Assembly: GCF_009914755.1 (NCBI RefSeq)
Contig: NC_060939.1
Strand: one strand, 5' to 3'
DNA length: 64,000 nucleotides
From: the human T2T-CHM13v2.0 reference genome, Homo sapiens
Both the position numbers and the translations under genes were made by a program. The notes below the pieces were generated by a model. It was given only the letters and a program-made list of their open reading frames with translations. It was not told the DNA's origin and did not search any database. Positions 36,571 through 53,961 of this stretch are shown in pieces (position 1 is the first letter of the stretch; each line of letters starts with the position of its first letter).

Positions 36571-38302
36571 TCATAATAGTCCTATAACACTGGGCCCCTC
36601 AGGAAAGTTTAGCTGAAGAAAAAAACAAGAAGCAACTGGCAAAATAGAACAGTTGCCACCAGCCCTGAGGTGCCTGAACCAACAGAGAGGGCCTCCTGGT
36701 CACTGGCACCATCAGTCAGTAAACACCAGGCTTGAGGCTCTGTTGAACATAGTGGGGAGCGGGCGGAGCAGAAGCTGTAGGTCTCGCTTCCTCACTTGCG
36801 AAAGTGAGCTCCCTGAGGTCTAGGCTGGGTGGAGGATTTTGCCCTCCCAGAGGGGCTTCCTTTGTGACAGGGGCGTCAGGTGAGATTTGGCACCGTCAGG
36901 CTGCATGAATGGTGATGGAGAGGGTGTAAGTGTGTTGAGGTGACCAGAAACTTATGCTGTGATGCTGGTCAAATGTGCCTGCAGGAGAGTCTTCTGGGCC
37001 ACAGCTCAGGTGGTGCCATGGAGTTAGGGCCAGACACCGGGCGTGAGGCATGGGTGTGGGGGCTGAGGCTGCTGGGCCAGGTCAGCCTGAGGTTTGGCTC
37101 TCCTGGCCTCTCTGCTTTCAGGGCTCACCTCCCTGACACAGATTCTCAGCCTGATTGGTCGCAAGAACAGTGGGGCCTCTGCAGGGCCTCATGAGTCCTG
37201 CCTCAAGAAGCAGTCCAGTTTTGCCTTAAAACTATCTCTCAGAGTCAGGGTTACAAGTATGAGCATCTGGGTCCAGGGAATAAACTAAGTGTATGTTTGG
37301 CAAACATTTGCAATTAATGTATTGTTGTTATTATCCTTTCCTCAGGGTCTGTCATGATCCAGACACTTGGCTACAAGCACAATGTCATGGGCAGAACAAA
37401 AAGCTGTTTAAAAATAACTGGAATGCAGACACTATGAAGCCACAGGGCTGATTTTCCTCCTGCTTATAATCAGTGCCTGGTGGTGGTTATTAATATCTGA
37501 GTACCAGGCACTACACACAAACACTGTTCCTGTCAGGAGGCACCAGGGCTAATCTGGCAGGCTTGGCAGAGGTATGGGTCAGGGAAGGGTGGCCTTGAGG
37601 TAAGAATGACTGGGAGAGGTTGGGGAGGGAGGCAGCCTGCCTGTTCTGTCTCTTCTGCTCACTGTGCAAGCAGGACCCGGGGAAGTCCTACAACTGCAGG
37701 CTTAGAAAGAAAGAGACTGGGAGTGGAGACCTTATTGTGTGAATGGTGGTATAGAAAGGGTCTCAGAAAATGTTGAGCAGATGAAGGTGTTAGACAGTGG
37801 GGTGGGTCAGAGGGGCCAGTCTGGCTGCAGTGGGGAACGTCCGTATGTGCGTAAAAATGAGAGGGGAGGCAGAGGTGAGGCAGAGGCACGGAAGGGGTCA
37901 TAATGCCCGCTGAGATAAAGGAAAGGCCTAGGAAGGAGAGGTGGAGGGATGGAAATGAAGCCTTGGGCCTGCAGGAGGCTACTGGACAGCTTGAAATAAC
38001 GGAAGGAAGTAGGGAAGGGAGTTGGGAGGGAAGGCAGGGGAGGGAGGCAGCGGAGGGCCCCCCTCTGCTTCTTCCACTCTGGCTCATATGGGCAGTGACA
38101 GGCAGAAGAGCACCCCCACTAGAACCACAGTGGTGCGGGCTCTTGGTCAAACCGCTCGGGTCCAGGTCCAGCTCTGCCACTCATTGTGTGGCTGTGGCCA
38201 GGTCCTTAATTTCTCCATGGTCAGACTCCTTGTCTTAGAATGAGGGTTGATCGTGTTACCTACCTCATAGGTTATGTTTAGGAGGCACCTCACAAATGCT
38301 AG

Positions 38303-38479
<177 letters not shown>

Positions 38480-40565
38480 TAGCTGAGTTTGTTGAACTTA
38501 ATACAAATCCTTTTGTAAAATCTAACATTTTACTATTTTTCCTGATGTTGACAGATTTAAATTTTGCTAGTTAGGAAACGAAAATGTGGGAAGTTAGAAT
38601 GAAAAAAGGAGAAGTAATTCACTGTTAGGGGACCATGGAAGAGTGGGGTGATCCATGAATCTGAAGTGAGAATGGGAAGGGAACAGAGGCCATGACACAG
38701 TCAGAGATCCGCCAGAGTCCTCTCAGTGACCTCTGTCCCTCTGCAGAGCAAAGGGAATACACAGTCCCACAAGATGGGTGGTGCTGGCCAGGTTGCCCTG
38801 CATCCTGCAGATACCTCAGAGCTGGCCTCTGAGTGAAGGCAGGTGTTAGAGTTAGAGGAGCACAGCCTCTCCTAACCAGACTGGCTGCTTTAGAGCAGAG
38901 AGCTGGGAATAAAACCCAATGAAAATGAGATGCCACATCATTTCATAAGCAATAATAGCACCTTGAACAATCCCAATTGTTCCCAATCTCATATGAAGAG
39001 AGCAGTTCTCCAAACTGCTTCAAATGCAACAGATGCAGATGAAGGCCACCGCAAGACCCTGACACCCGGTATCCGCAGGGGCAGATGACAGCTGGGATGT
39101 TTGCAACTTGCCTCTGGCACATGAGGCTCAGCAATCAGTGTGGAAGGGACTAGAATTACAGTGGGAAATCTCACATCTGTACTGGCATGAAAATACAAGC
39201 AGGCAGCCACACTGACACCTTCCCTGGAACTTCTCCAGATTCTTCTATCTGACTTGTCATTCTTGTTGTGAGCCTGCCGTTGGAGTTTGTGTGCAAAATA
39301 ACAAGTTGCATGACAAAAAGAGGAGGGAATGAGGACAAGGTGAGAAGTGAAGAGTCAACAGTCACCTGTTCTTCAGATCTCCCATTTTATCAAGCTGGAT
39401 TCTCTTTCTTCTCTGTCCCCTTCCCATCCCTATGAAATCAGTGCCCACAGGACTGAGCCATTAATGGAGTCGGGAGGTGGAAAACAAACTAGGGTCCTGA
39501 TAGCTATGCCGTGGATATCGCCAGCTACACTCTGCAGCAGGTAACAGTCGAAATAATCTAGTTCACTTCTTCAGTTGTGAGGTTAAAAAGAATTGTTTTC
39601 AATTTCTCATCCTTGTGAAAAGAGCTTCTGTCTCAGTTTAGGACCCCAGCTCTCCTCCTTCTTTCCTCTGTGACTTCACTTCTCCAAACCTCGGTTTCCT
39701 CATTTGCTAAATAAGGACAATAATATATACCTGGAGAAATACTACTTCCATCTGATTTTAGGGAGATAGACCAAATATCTTACTGCTAGGATGTGGCCAA
39801 CGGTATTCTCCTTGGAGAGGGGATGAACATGCATTCCTTGTCATTCATGTGTTTACATGGCCCCTGCCATCAAACTTCACCTGTGTCAGTCAACACCAGC
39901 AAAGTTCACCCTAGGATGATCACTCTGCCCAGGAAAGGATTCTTGCAAATCAAAGCATTGACTGGTTCAGAAGCAGGAACATCTGGCCACCATTTCTAGT
40001 CCCCACCAGTTCCATTTCCAGATTCAAAGTAGCCTTCTGTCTCCTGCCACCCTAGAGGACACACTGGGTGTGACTGAGTAGGCAACACAGCATTCTTGGT
40101 TGTTAGGCCTCTAGGGTCATACTGTGCCCTCTCTGGGCCATGACTCAAACTAATTCAATTTTGATGAATGAAGCCACTATTTCTTATAAAACCCTCTGGA
40201 AGATGATTCCACATGCTGTACCAGATACGCCCATTTCTGAAAGAGCTCACAGTTGGGAAGCTGAAGTCAGTCATGAAAATCACCCAGTTTGAATATACTA
40301 CACTTAAACTTGGCCACAATAAACTAGAATGGAAATGAAGAGGAGAAGGAGGAGGAGGAGGAGGCACCCTGTAAGAGATTTGGTGTTACTCCATGACAGC
40401 TCAGAAAGGAATTCCTGGTGGAAACTGCACCAGGTGGCTTTGGTGAAGTTCTTCATTTCAGCAGTAAATCTAACACCCTACCTGCCACACAGCCAAGATG
40501 GGCCCACCCAAGGGTGGGACAGCCATCATTGATCCTTCTTGTTCTGTTTCTCAGAAGTGAGGGGT

Positions 40566-40873
<308 letters not shown>

Positions 40874-41097
40874 AGTGAGGGGCAACTCGTCAAGATGGGG
40901 GATGGGGTTCTTCTTTAGAGAGCTGGCTAGGTGGCTGGATTATGAAAGTAATGATTCCATTTTAAGGGCAGAGGGACAGTGTAATTTTATTTTTGTGGTT
41001 GATCTAACCTAGATCCTGTTGAAATCAATTTTATCCTGGTCTATACAAAGCAGACATAAAGACACTGGTGAACTTACATTAAATTTTTATAGGATGA

Positions 41098-41452
41098 TGA
41101 TATGGTTTGGCTCTGTGTCCCCACCCAAATCTGATGTGGAATTTTAACCCCCATGTGACAGGGGAGGGACCTGGTGGGAGGTGATTGGACCATGGGGCAG
41201 TTTCCCCATGCTGTTCTCATGATAGTGAGGGAGTTCTCACAAGATCTGATGGTTTAAAAGTATGGCATCTCCCCCCTCATTCTCTCTTTCCTGCTGCCAT
41301 GTAAGACATGCCTGCTTCCCCTTCCGCTATGATTGTAAGTTTCCTGAGGCCTCCCTAGCCATTTGGAACTATGAGTCAATTAAACCTCTTTTCTTTATAA
41401 ATTACTCAGTCTCAGGTAGTTCTTTATAGCAGTGTGAAAATGGACTAAGACA
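41098..41452 (+). mobile_element. THE1 (probably THE1D)/MST MaLR solo LTR
   Basis: TGATATGGTTTGGCTCTGTGTCCCCACCCAAATCT...GGACTAAGACA; TG..CA ends; perfect 5-bp TSD gatga. Confidence 0.9.
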
Positions 41453-43889
41453 GATGATATCAATAATCTTGTAGGTCAGTGTCCTTTCTGTGTCAGAATT
41501 GGCAATGAGTTGTGCTTAGTTCCTAAATTCCATCTCTCCAGAGGGAAGACCATGAATAATAATTGAAAAAGCACAGCACTGAGACTCAGATAACCCTGGG
41601 TTCGAGCCTCAGTATTGTGTTACCCAGTACCTTTGGGCATTACTGTGTTACCCAGTACCTTTGGGCATGTTAGTTGGTTCCTTAGAGGGGACTTATCTCC
41701 CTCATATCCCTTCTTGTCTGCATCTTCAGAGGCTCAGTATTCTTATCTTAAAATAAGGACAAGAATATCTTCTTAGCAGTGATGTTGTAAAGATTCAATG
41801 AGATAATGTACAAAGCTGGCACAGACAGACTCTCAATAAATGGTATCTTCAAGACTCTTAACAACAAGGCTGGGCATCTGTAACAGGCCTCACTACTCCA
41901 TGAACCGTAACAGGACATCTCCGTAAGTTGGGCCCAGGAGGCCAAAGTACAGTGCTGCAGGAGACCCAGGCCAAACCACCAGTCTCAGGGCTACCTGGAT
42001 GGAGCAAGATGGTGGCTCCTGAAGTTGGAGTGCTGTCAGGGCCAGGGAACAGATATAGCAATGGACTGCCAGTGGTTTGCTTCATTCTCCTCCTCCAGCA
42101 GCTGTAGGCTTGGGCTGCTGGGGCTCCCGCCAGGAGTTGAGGGCTGAGGGTCAAGGCAGAAAATGCAGGACAGCCTTGTCCTGCACTTTTGGAATTTGGG
42201 TATTAGCTAATAGAGCTCTCTGGCTGTCCCATCCAGCATTTGTAGAATCTCCTCTTCCTGGTCCCAGGGCCAGACAAGGACATTCTGGGCAGAAAGAAAC
42301 CATCAGTGTGCACAGGAAGAACAGCAGCTTCTTAATCAGTCCAGGGGACAGAGCCTAAGCTAGAGCGTTGTTCTGCTCTCATTTAATTATCAAAATGATT
42401 CCTCTTCTGTCCTCCCTAGGGCTGCATGCCCCAGATTCCCTGGGCCCAGTAATTGCCTCTCTGTTAATAGAAATCATCAGTATTTATTACACCAAGTGTG
42501 CCAGCTTATTTCAGCTCTTCTTGTAGCAGCATTAAGGCGAGCACTTGATAGCATATCACTAAAGTGACTCCACTTAATAACAAGAGTAAAGGCCCCTAAA
42601 CTGTTCTCTTTGCTGGGAGAGCTGAGGAATCATGGCCAGAGCCTAATGAGAGGAGCTGAGGGGCTATGTGTGGGGTCTGCAATAGGGCCCTGACATGGCC
42701 CTGGGTGAGGAAGAGGCACAGGGCTCAGGAACAAGGGACCTGAGCACTCCCCCAAAAGAAGTCTCCTGGGGGGTTTCTGTTCTTCCATAGGGTACATAAC
42801 AACGGGTAGTGACTTGAGTTCAAATTCTTGCTCTACCGCTGAGGGCTTGTGAATTTTGGCCTCCTGGAATGCCAGTCTTCTTATCTATAAAACAGGGAGA
42901 ATAACATCTACCTCCCAGGGCTGGTGTGAGGATTAAATGAGAACATAATGTGAAAAGACTCCACTGAGGCCGCCATGGGAGGCATACCACAAACATCTCT
43001 TCTTCCCTCCCTCCCTCTTTCCTTCCAGGAGTTGATGCTATGGGATTGAGATGGCATGACATAAGTGACTGGGTGGCAACAGTGCCTGGTATGAATGCTG
43101 GTTCCTCCCTGCAGCCTCTTCAGCCTCTCTGCGTCCAATGATGGACAAACTCACCCAAGACGAGGCTGAGACAGGAGCCTCACAGTCCTGGGGTGCATGT
43201 GTATTTGGGTTGGAAACCAGGCTGGCTGCCACTACAGCTTCCAGAATCCCGTGGGCAACGGTGGAGAATCCCTTTCCCCGCTCTAGTCAGTGTAGTGCTC
43301 GGGCTCACTGTCTGCCCATCTCTGTGTCTTTTCAACTCTGCTCAGGGACCCGTCTCTGAAGAGGTGGGTGCTATGTGTGGCCTCAAGGGGACTGGGCAGG
43401 TTTGGGGTCAAACGCAGAGGTAACCTGGCCCTTTCTGATGAACATATCTTCAGGCAGCCGTCTTTAAGGTCCTAGAGTGACTCAGCAGTTCAGGGAGCAG
43501 TTATTGAACACAGACTGTGTACTTTCAAGTGAGGCTCAGAGAAGCTCCCAAAGGCCCCAGTAAACAGGGGATGGGAACCGGAGCCCAGGGCCAGCTTATC
43601 CAAAGCTCTCTTCACTCCTGTGTGGGTGCCCTGCTAACAGTATTGGAGCAATTTATGGAGGGGTTTAAACTGCATCTGTTACACAGAGGGCATTGTTTGG
43701 AAGTTTTGCTAATGTGTAAATATCCAAATGTCAATTCTCTGGTATAACAGGCATGAATGTGTTTTCTGACAGTGTGGCCCCAAGAACACAGGGGTTACTT
43801 TGCAGCAGGCTGTGCTAGTGGATAGGGAACTGTGGGGTAGGGAAGATGACCAGGGTTTCTGAATATCAGGATGTTCTCAAGGTTCATAA

Positions 43890-44273
<384 letters not shown>

Positions 44274-44283
44274 CATTCCTATT

Positions 44284-44690
44284 TGTTATGCGCTATACAC
44301 TGTGTCTTCAAAAATTCATATGTTGACATTGTAACCCTCAGTACCTCAGAATGTGACCTTCTTTGAAGACAGGATCTTTACAGAGGTAATTAAGTTAAAC
44401 TGAGGTCATTAGGATGGGCCCTAATCCAATATGACTGGTGTCTTTGGAGAAATCTGGACAGAGACATGTACAGAGGGAAGAAAGCGTGAAGACACAGGCA
44501 GATGACAGCCATCCACAGGCCAAGGAGAGGGGCCTGGAAAGGATCCTTCTCTCAAAGCCCACAGGAAGAACCAACCCTGCTGACACCTTATCTCAGATCT
44601 CCAGCCTCCAGAACTGTGAGACAATAGACTTCTGTTCTTTAAGCCACCCAGTCTGTGATACTTGTTACAGAAACCCTAGGAACTAATATA
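44284..44690 (+). mobile_element. MLT1-family MaLR solo LTR
   Basis: gggccctaatccaatatgactggtgtc, ccagcctccagaactgtgaga..ttaagccacccagt; 5-bp TSD ctatt. Confidence 0.85.
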
Positions 44691-45533
44691 CTATTCTTTT
44701 AATTTTTGCTTGAAGCTTAGTATCCCCTCTCCAGTTAGGAAGAAAAGGTTGATGTCTTCCTGTTCCTGGCTGATACTGCTTCCTTCAGATCAGCTTGCCA
44801 GTTGGTTTTACTGGTGATACTGGACCCTCTCCAGTAATGGAAAGAGAGAGGCAGAAATGTGGAGAAACTGAGGTAGAGACCAGGAGTGTCAAAGCAACAG
44901 GGACAGGAGGTAACGTGAAGGGCCACAGCCACAGAGAGAGACTGGAAGGGGCCATGGGTCTGCACAGGCCTCGGCAGTGACTGGCTGCCCCCGCTCATCT
45001 CCAAAATGCCAGATGTGCATGAGTAATTACAGAGGTTTTCTCTGGGCAGCCTCCCCGGCTGGTTCTCGTCTATCCCTCACAGGCGCATAATGGCATTAAA
45101 TGTGACTCCACTGCAGTTCCGTGCAGTGACTTATGCCACTGCAGTCAATAAAACCCACTCTCGGAAAGAAACTAGATTACAGGTCAGGAAAGGGTGGGCA
45201 GGCACTGAGCCGCCTCTGATCGTTCTCTGTGGGGGGCCTTCCATATCCCTCCTCTCTTCATTTCTACCAAATTACCCATTGCGGGGCCCTAGCTTTGGAT
45301 TTGTTATTTAGATTGACTTTGCCTCGGTTCCTCTGACATTGATGTGGCACCACAAAATTATGTAGCATGTGATCCAGAGGAGTTTTCAAAGCAGGCATTT
45401 TCTCTGATATCTCACTGAAAGTGCCAGCCATGTAAACGTTGAAGGGGGCCTCTGAGCGCAGGCATGGGGGCTCTTGCTCCTGATGCCTTCTAGAGGAGGA
45501 AAGGTCATGCAGTCTCCAACCAGGGGGTCTTAC

Positions 45534-45621
45534 CTTACATGGGTGAGGATCCACTCCATATGTTTCCAATGTCTGTGCTTTTCTTAAGAAGTTCAGCTCT
45601 GATGTTGCTGGTGTTTGACCA
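45534..45621 (-). CDS. FRMD5: FRMD5 exon ([30 protein letters not shown])
   Basis: tttattccag|T acceptor, AAG|gtaaga donor; 88 nt; LETYGVD is the FERM-M/C junction. Confidence 0.96.
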
Positions 45622-45929
45622 CTGGAATAAAGAAGATGAGATGATTTCAAGGTGTCTTGTTCCCACAGGTTCCCCTGAGGTAAACTCTCTATGAAGATGT
45701 GCTTAGGATGAGCCACACATCTCAGTTTGTCTAGGGTGTGCTCCCTGCTTGGTTCTAGGACCAACTTCGAGACTCCTGCTAGAGTCTCTGACTGTCTTCA
45801 AACGTTTTCAGAGTGAGGCAGGCTACATAATGAATTACTTGGGCTGAGTGTAAACAATGGGGAGTGGTGGGGACTGTGGCAGCACCATCTTAACTCTGAG
45901 ATTCCCATCACTGAGAATGCAGGGCCCAC

Positions 45930-46065
45930 TACTTGGGAGGCTGAGGTGGGAGGTGGGAGGATTGCTTGAGCCCAGGAGTGCGAGGTTTCAGTGAGCTATG
46001 GTCACAGCCCTACACTCCACCCTGAGTGACAGAATGAGACCCTGTCTCAAAAAAAAAAAAAAAAA
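45930..46065 (+). mobile_element. Alu right monomer (FRAM-like)
   Basis: Right-arm text with A tail. Confidence 0.75.
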
Positions 46066-47723
46066 GAATGCAAGGCTTAGCTAGATATTGTGATTTTAAA
46101 AGAAAAGTCAGAGATACTGATTTTTATGTGGTATTTCACAATTTAAAATACTATGGGGTAAAACAAAATACATCTGTAGGCTGGAAGCAGGTCATAGGCT
46201 TCTCATATGTGATCTGTTCTAGACTGAAATATAAAGAAGGGGCTCATATAGCTTGCTGGTGCCACCCAGCCCTCTTCCTTTGCCAAAAGGAAACACAGGA
46301 AATTAGGGTGAGGAGAGGCAGGAGACAGTGCTGAGCTCCCATGCTCCACAACAGCTGTCTGTCCATAGGGTGATGACCAGGAAAATGAAAGATGCTGAAA
46401 AAGGCAGAGATCAGCTCCGGCTCCAGGCCATCTGAAGGGGCCTTTGGCATCACCCCTTCCCACTGCCTCTTTAGCAGGTGTGTTGATGGGCTCATTGCAG
46501 ACCCAGTGGCAGAATAACCATCAGGCTCTTGCCTGGGTCCAGAGCCCTGCAAAGCAGATATACTTCTACAGATACAGGTTTGGCTTCAGTGAGGAGGGGT
46601 GGGCAGCTTGTGAAGTCAACATCTCTGATGGCTGGTGGACAGGACTGCACGTTGCTCGTTTCTAAGCTTATCATTTGCCTCAGGTGATATGGCCAGGCAG
46701 GAAGATAAGCTGACCCCAGGCCAGATTCCCCCTAGTGTCCCTCTGGAGAGGCATTAGTCAGGCAGCACCTTTATGTGCCAGCCTCTGTGCTACTTGCTGG
46801 AAAATATATGAAGAAACACAGTATACAGTCTGTGCTCTCAAAAGCCCATATCACAGTTGCATAAAGGAAGCATGGATGTATTTTTACATTATGAAGACGA
46901 GGCAGGACCTATGGAAAAAGTACCTGTGGAAGGGGGTATTGCTGTGAATAAAGACTTCTGCATCCACTAGTGTACCTGAGGCACAGGGAAGGTAAGTTAG
47001 GAAAATATCTGTGTGGCAAGCAAAGGGCTGGCTAGAGCACAGCTTCCCTTTCCAGGGAGTGTCCTCTGTCTGCAGGGGGAGTGGGCCCTGTGGGCTCCAT
47101 TTACCCTTGGAGTTGGCCCAAACCTCCAGGGTCCTCAAAGCGGGCATCATTTCCTGGGGGATCCCCTGCTTTGAACTAGGTTTCTGGAGGGCTGTCCCTA
47201 CTATTCTGATGTCTCCTAAAGCCCTCCAGGCAGTTCCAGCACATCCCTGATCTCTTTGAAGGAACCATGAGGCCCCTGCCCCCAACACCACAGGCCCGTG
47301 TTTATTCTGATTTTTACCACAAGGGGTCGCTATTCCCTAACAGAGTGACTTGAGGAGCCATGGGGTCCTGCACCTGGGAAGGCACACCGAGGGAGAGGGG
47401 CGGGAAGCATCTAAGATTCCATTTGTTCGGTGTCGCCATTCCGCTGGGAGGGTCAGGAACCCCTCCTGCCACAAGGCATGGGCAGAGGGGTCTGTTTACA
47501 AAGGCTAAGGAGGCTTTGGGTTATATTTGTTGGTAAAATCATTGAGTGAAGGGTTTCTGGGGGGCCTGTGGTCGGGGAAGGAACAAGTTGAAGCTTAGTA
47601 TTAGCATTAGAAATATCCAGCTCTGCTCCCTGTTGCCAGGCATAGTCTTTCCTCGGAACAGTAGATACACAAACCTTTTAAAATATTTTTTTAAAGCTGT
47701 AATGTATTATAATGACAACATAA

Positions 47724-48037
47724 CTTTTTTTTATTTTTAATTTTTTGAGACAGGGTCTCGCTCTGTGGCCCAGGCTGGCATGGAGTGGTGCAATTCCAGC
47801 TCACTGCAACCTCCACCTCCCAGGTTCAAGTAATTCTCATGCCTCAGACTCCTGAGTAGCTGGGATACAAGCGTGTGCCACCACATCTGGCTTTTTTATT
47901 TATTTACTTTCATTTTTAGTAGAGACAGGGTTTTCGCCATGTTGCCCAGGCTGGTCTCGAACTTCTGACCTCAGGTGATCTGCCCTCCTCCGCCTCCCAA
48001 AGTGCTGGGATTACAGGTGTGAGCCACTGCGCTTGGC
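47724..48037 (-). mobile_element. Alu
   Basis: Full reverse Alu. Confidence 0.88.
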
Positions 48038-48259
48038 CAACACTGCATTCTATATCCTTTTTCCTCATAGTTTGTCAGTTTGGGGAATCTGTGCCGTAAC
48101 CAAATGGAGCCCAAACACCCTATTGTTGCTTTTTAAAATCAGGCTTTGTAGAAAATCCTACTTCATGTGGGTGAAAAGCTGCATTAATGCTGTTTTATGG
48201 TATTCAGCATATTCTGGGCAAAGTAAGAGAAGCTGAGAAAGATGAGGCTCCAAACTTGA

Positions 48260-48878
<619 letters not shown>

Positions 48879-49090
48879 TAAATATCATAGTGAGGCAGAT
48901 GCCTTTCAAAGGCCAATCCCTCTCTGTTTCCCCTATAACACAACTTCTCCCTTGTCTTTAAGCTTCAGGCTAAATCGCTTTTCTTGGAGAGGGAGCCTAC
49001 AGGGCTTGTGGCTGTGACTTGTGCTGTCAGTGTATCACTGACAATGGTACATCCGCGGTCAGGAAGGCTGGGGAGCATCACTCTGTGTCA

Positions 49091-49381
<291 letters not shown>

Positions 49382-49956
49382 TTAGCACACAGAGCAAAAG
49401 CCAAAATACACATCAGATTTATAAGAAACAGTGGATTCTGAGCACGGCTGTGGGCTGGGCAGAGGGCAGGCCCTTCAGGAGCATGTCCACCTTTGTTTTT
49501 CCAGGTGCACACACTGGGTTGGCATTCAAGTCTATGCAGAGAGACAGAGAGCTGACCTTGTGTTCTGAGGTCACCACAAGTAAATTTACAATGAAAGAGC
49601 AGAGGCCTGCACTATGGTCCTCATCCATTCCGCCATGAGAAGATGGTCTGGGAGCAATGGTCTTTGTGGCAGCACAGGAAGTGGTGAGCTTGATCAGAAA
49701 GGGAGATCCTCTTGGGCCTCAGCCAGATCATAAGTCTAAATCCTAGTTTGAGGATGTTAGCAGGGACACAGTAAATTGATGAATGAGCTGCGATCCAAAT
49801 TCAGAACTCAACCCTCAGTTCAAATCAAATCAAATTAATAAATTTGAATAAATATTCATTAAGGGCTGACCAGGTGCCAGGTTCCTTCGAGAGGCCTACA
49901 GAGTGGGAAGCCTGGCTGTAACTAGAAAGTATCGTTGAGTTCAGAAGCATCAAGTT

Positions 49957-50282
<326 letters not shown>

Positions 50283-50738
50283 TCATTTCTCAAGTCCCTG
50301 CCAGGTGTGAGCCTTTCTCCTCCAGCTATTCAGAGAGAGTTTATCTCTAAACCTGGTAAGATCTCAGGGCAGTAAACTTTAGGAGGGCAGAAGACCCACG
50401 GTACTTTCCACACCCAGGTCAGAATCCAGCTTTTTCCACGTGAAGCTCTCCACAGGGAGGATGGTGGGTAGGACAAAAGAAAGAGGAGGGGCCAGCTACT
50501 CTGTGGGTGCCCTTTTTCCTTCCCAGGTGAGAGCCACAACCACTTCAGATGTGAAGTCTTGAGGGAGGAGAAATATTAAGAGGAAAACGTGCCCTCCTCC
50601 CATGGCTGAATATTGTACTTGGGACTTGTACTTTTTCACTACAAACCTACTCACTGTATCTTCCAAATTACTTGGGAACTTCTACTGTTAGCAAGAGACC
50701 CAAGTCTGAAGTCTGGGGTGACCTTGAGCCTTGCAGTC

Positions 50739-51300
50739 TTTTTTCTTTTGAGACAGGGTCTCACTGTCATGCACGCTGGAGTGCAGTGGCATGATCATAG
50801 CTCACTGTAGCCTCGACCTCCTGGACTGAAGTGATCCGCCCACCTCAGCCTATAGCTGAGACTACAGGTGCACACCCCAGGCCTAGCTTTTTTTTTTTTT
50901 TTTGAGACAGAGTCTGGCTCTGTCACCAGGCTGGAGTGCAGTAGCGCGATCTCAGCTCACTGCAGACTCCGCCTCCCAGGTTGAAGCTTCCCAAGTAGCT
51001 GGGACTACAGGCATGTGCCACCACGCCCAGCTAATTTTTGTATTTTTAGGAGAGACGGGGTTTCACCATGTTGGCCAGGATGGCTTCGATCTCTTGACCT
51101 CATGATCTGCCTGTCTCGGCCTCCCAAAGTTCTGGGGTTACAGGCGTGAGCCACCATGCCAGGCCTAATTTTTAAATTTTTTGTAGAGATGGGGTTTCAC
51201 TCTGTTGCCCAGGCTGGTCTCGAACTCCTGGGCTCAAGTGATCTTCCACCTCGGCCTTCCAAAGTGCTGGGATAACAGTTGTGAGCCACTGTGCCTGGCC
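50739..51300 (-). mobile_element. AluJ with a nested Alu (about 50888-51165) in its linker
   Basis: Order is right arm, second Alu, left arm. Confidence 0.8.
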
Positions 51301-51474
51301 CAGAGTCATTTATATTGATTTTATTTAGAAAGTTCCAAATGGAAAACATCAATGTTGGACGTCAAGTACTTTTTTGAAGGAAAATGAATGATTGGGTAAA
51401 ACTGTAGAAAAGACTAGAGTTTAAGACTCGACTTAGGTCAGGCCAGGCTTTCTCTTTAAAAATAAAAGGGGCAC

Positions 51475-51812
<338 letters not shown>

Positions 51813-52466
51813 TTAACACAGGCAGCCAGCCGTGGTATTTCTATTGCCAGAAGGACTTTAGTTTCTTATTGGCAAGCAGTTTCCAGGTTCTCTTCACAAA
51901 GTTGCTTCCAGGATTTCCAACTAAGAGTTCAAATTCTTTTGGGGAAACTTCATGATTTTAGTGCTGTCGTCCAAAATGATCCAGTAGTAATGGCAGTTTC
52001 AGGCCTAGGGACTAAGAGGAATCTAGGAAGCGGCACTTAAGTGTCTCTGCATCTCAGGAGAAGGGGACGTGTGTGAAGAGTGCATATCTCTCCCACTGTT
52101 TTGCAAAAAAACCCAGTCTGGGCCTCAGCTGGGTAAGCCTCAACTCTTACTTATTAGCCTGTTAGGAAATGTGCTTGTTACTTGGAAACACTTTCAACTT
52201 TGAGCACACTGAACTAAAAGGTCTCTGAAATAGATACTAGAATTCTAAGATGCTTCATATCTTGGAGATTTGCCTGAGAGGATGGGGAAAAAATCAAGTC
52301 TGATTACACTCCAGAGTCTCAGGGACTTTATCAACCAGGGGCCCAGGACAAATCCCTAAAACAGAGTCAGAATGACTTTAAGGGGCTGGTAGTAAGATCT
52401 CAGGCGCAGTTTAGGGTTGAGTGTTCAGTGTTTTCTGGCTCTAGGAAATCCAAGCAAAATCCTCTA

Positions 52467-52787
<321 letters not shown>

Positions 52788-52818
52788 ACTCTCTAACTTG
52801 AACTCTGCTTCAAGTTAG

Positions 52819-53137
<319 letters not shown>

Positions 53138-53228
53138 TAGATAATGTTTAGATTCAAGAAGGAGTCATCAGTGCTAACTGAAAATAATGTAATCAGTACT
53201 TGGCATGAAAAGCAAACTTATCCTGTCA

Positions 53229-53360
<132 letters not shown>

Positions 53361-53930
53361 CTATAAAGGATTTCTTTGATTGCTTTAAAGATAGAAATAT
53401 GTATTGTAAGCCTATCAAAATCTTTGTCAGGATACTTTTACTACATTAAAAAAAAATCCTAAAACATAATGTAGAACAAATACATTCTCCATTTCCCTGG
53501 AAACTCTTTCAGGTACTTTGCCCTGAACTGACTTGAGGTTCAGTTAAAAATATGCCAGTTTCCTCCTGTAGCTCAAGTCAGAAATGGCTGTTTCCTGGTA
53601 AAAGCATCACCCCACAGTGCTGAGCTTTGGAAGGAGCCAGCCCCAGTCGATCTGGTGCCGAAAAAGAAAACTATGCCATCAGAGACTGGCAAACTGGGCC
53701 TCTCTCCGCCTTGGATGCCAGCTGATGTTCCTTCTTAAGTAGAATGGTGGGTGAAGGAACTAGCCCAGGAAGAGTTCAGCCTCAACTTACCAAGAGAATC
53801 TGTCCATATGTGGAAACAGCCTGCAGTTACCGAGGTCAACCAGACCTTTGAAATGGAATAAAGTGTAAGAAGAGTGAGCCGAGATTGTGCTACTGCACTC
53901 TAGCCTGGGCAATCGGAGAGACCTTGTCTC

Positions 53931-53961
<31 letters not shown>

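Noticed and set aside
41616-41668. 25-bp direct repeat with 28-bp period; similar small duplication at 59982-60018
   Set aside because: Two-copy slippage duplications within MIR-like sequence; not a CRISPR-like or functional array.
45264-45764. 166-aa ORF, and likewise ORFs 49088-49369 and 26835-27215
   Set aside because: Only the spliced FRMD5 exon cores are coding; the flanks are open intron sequence.
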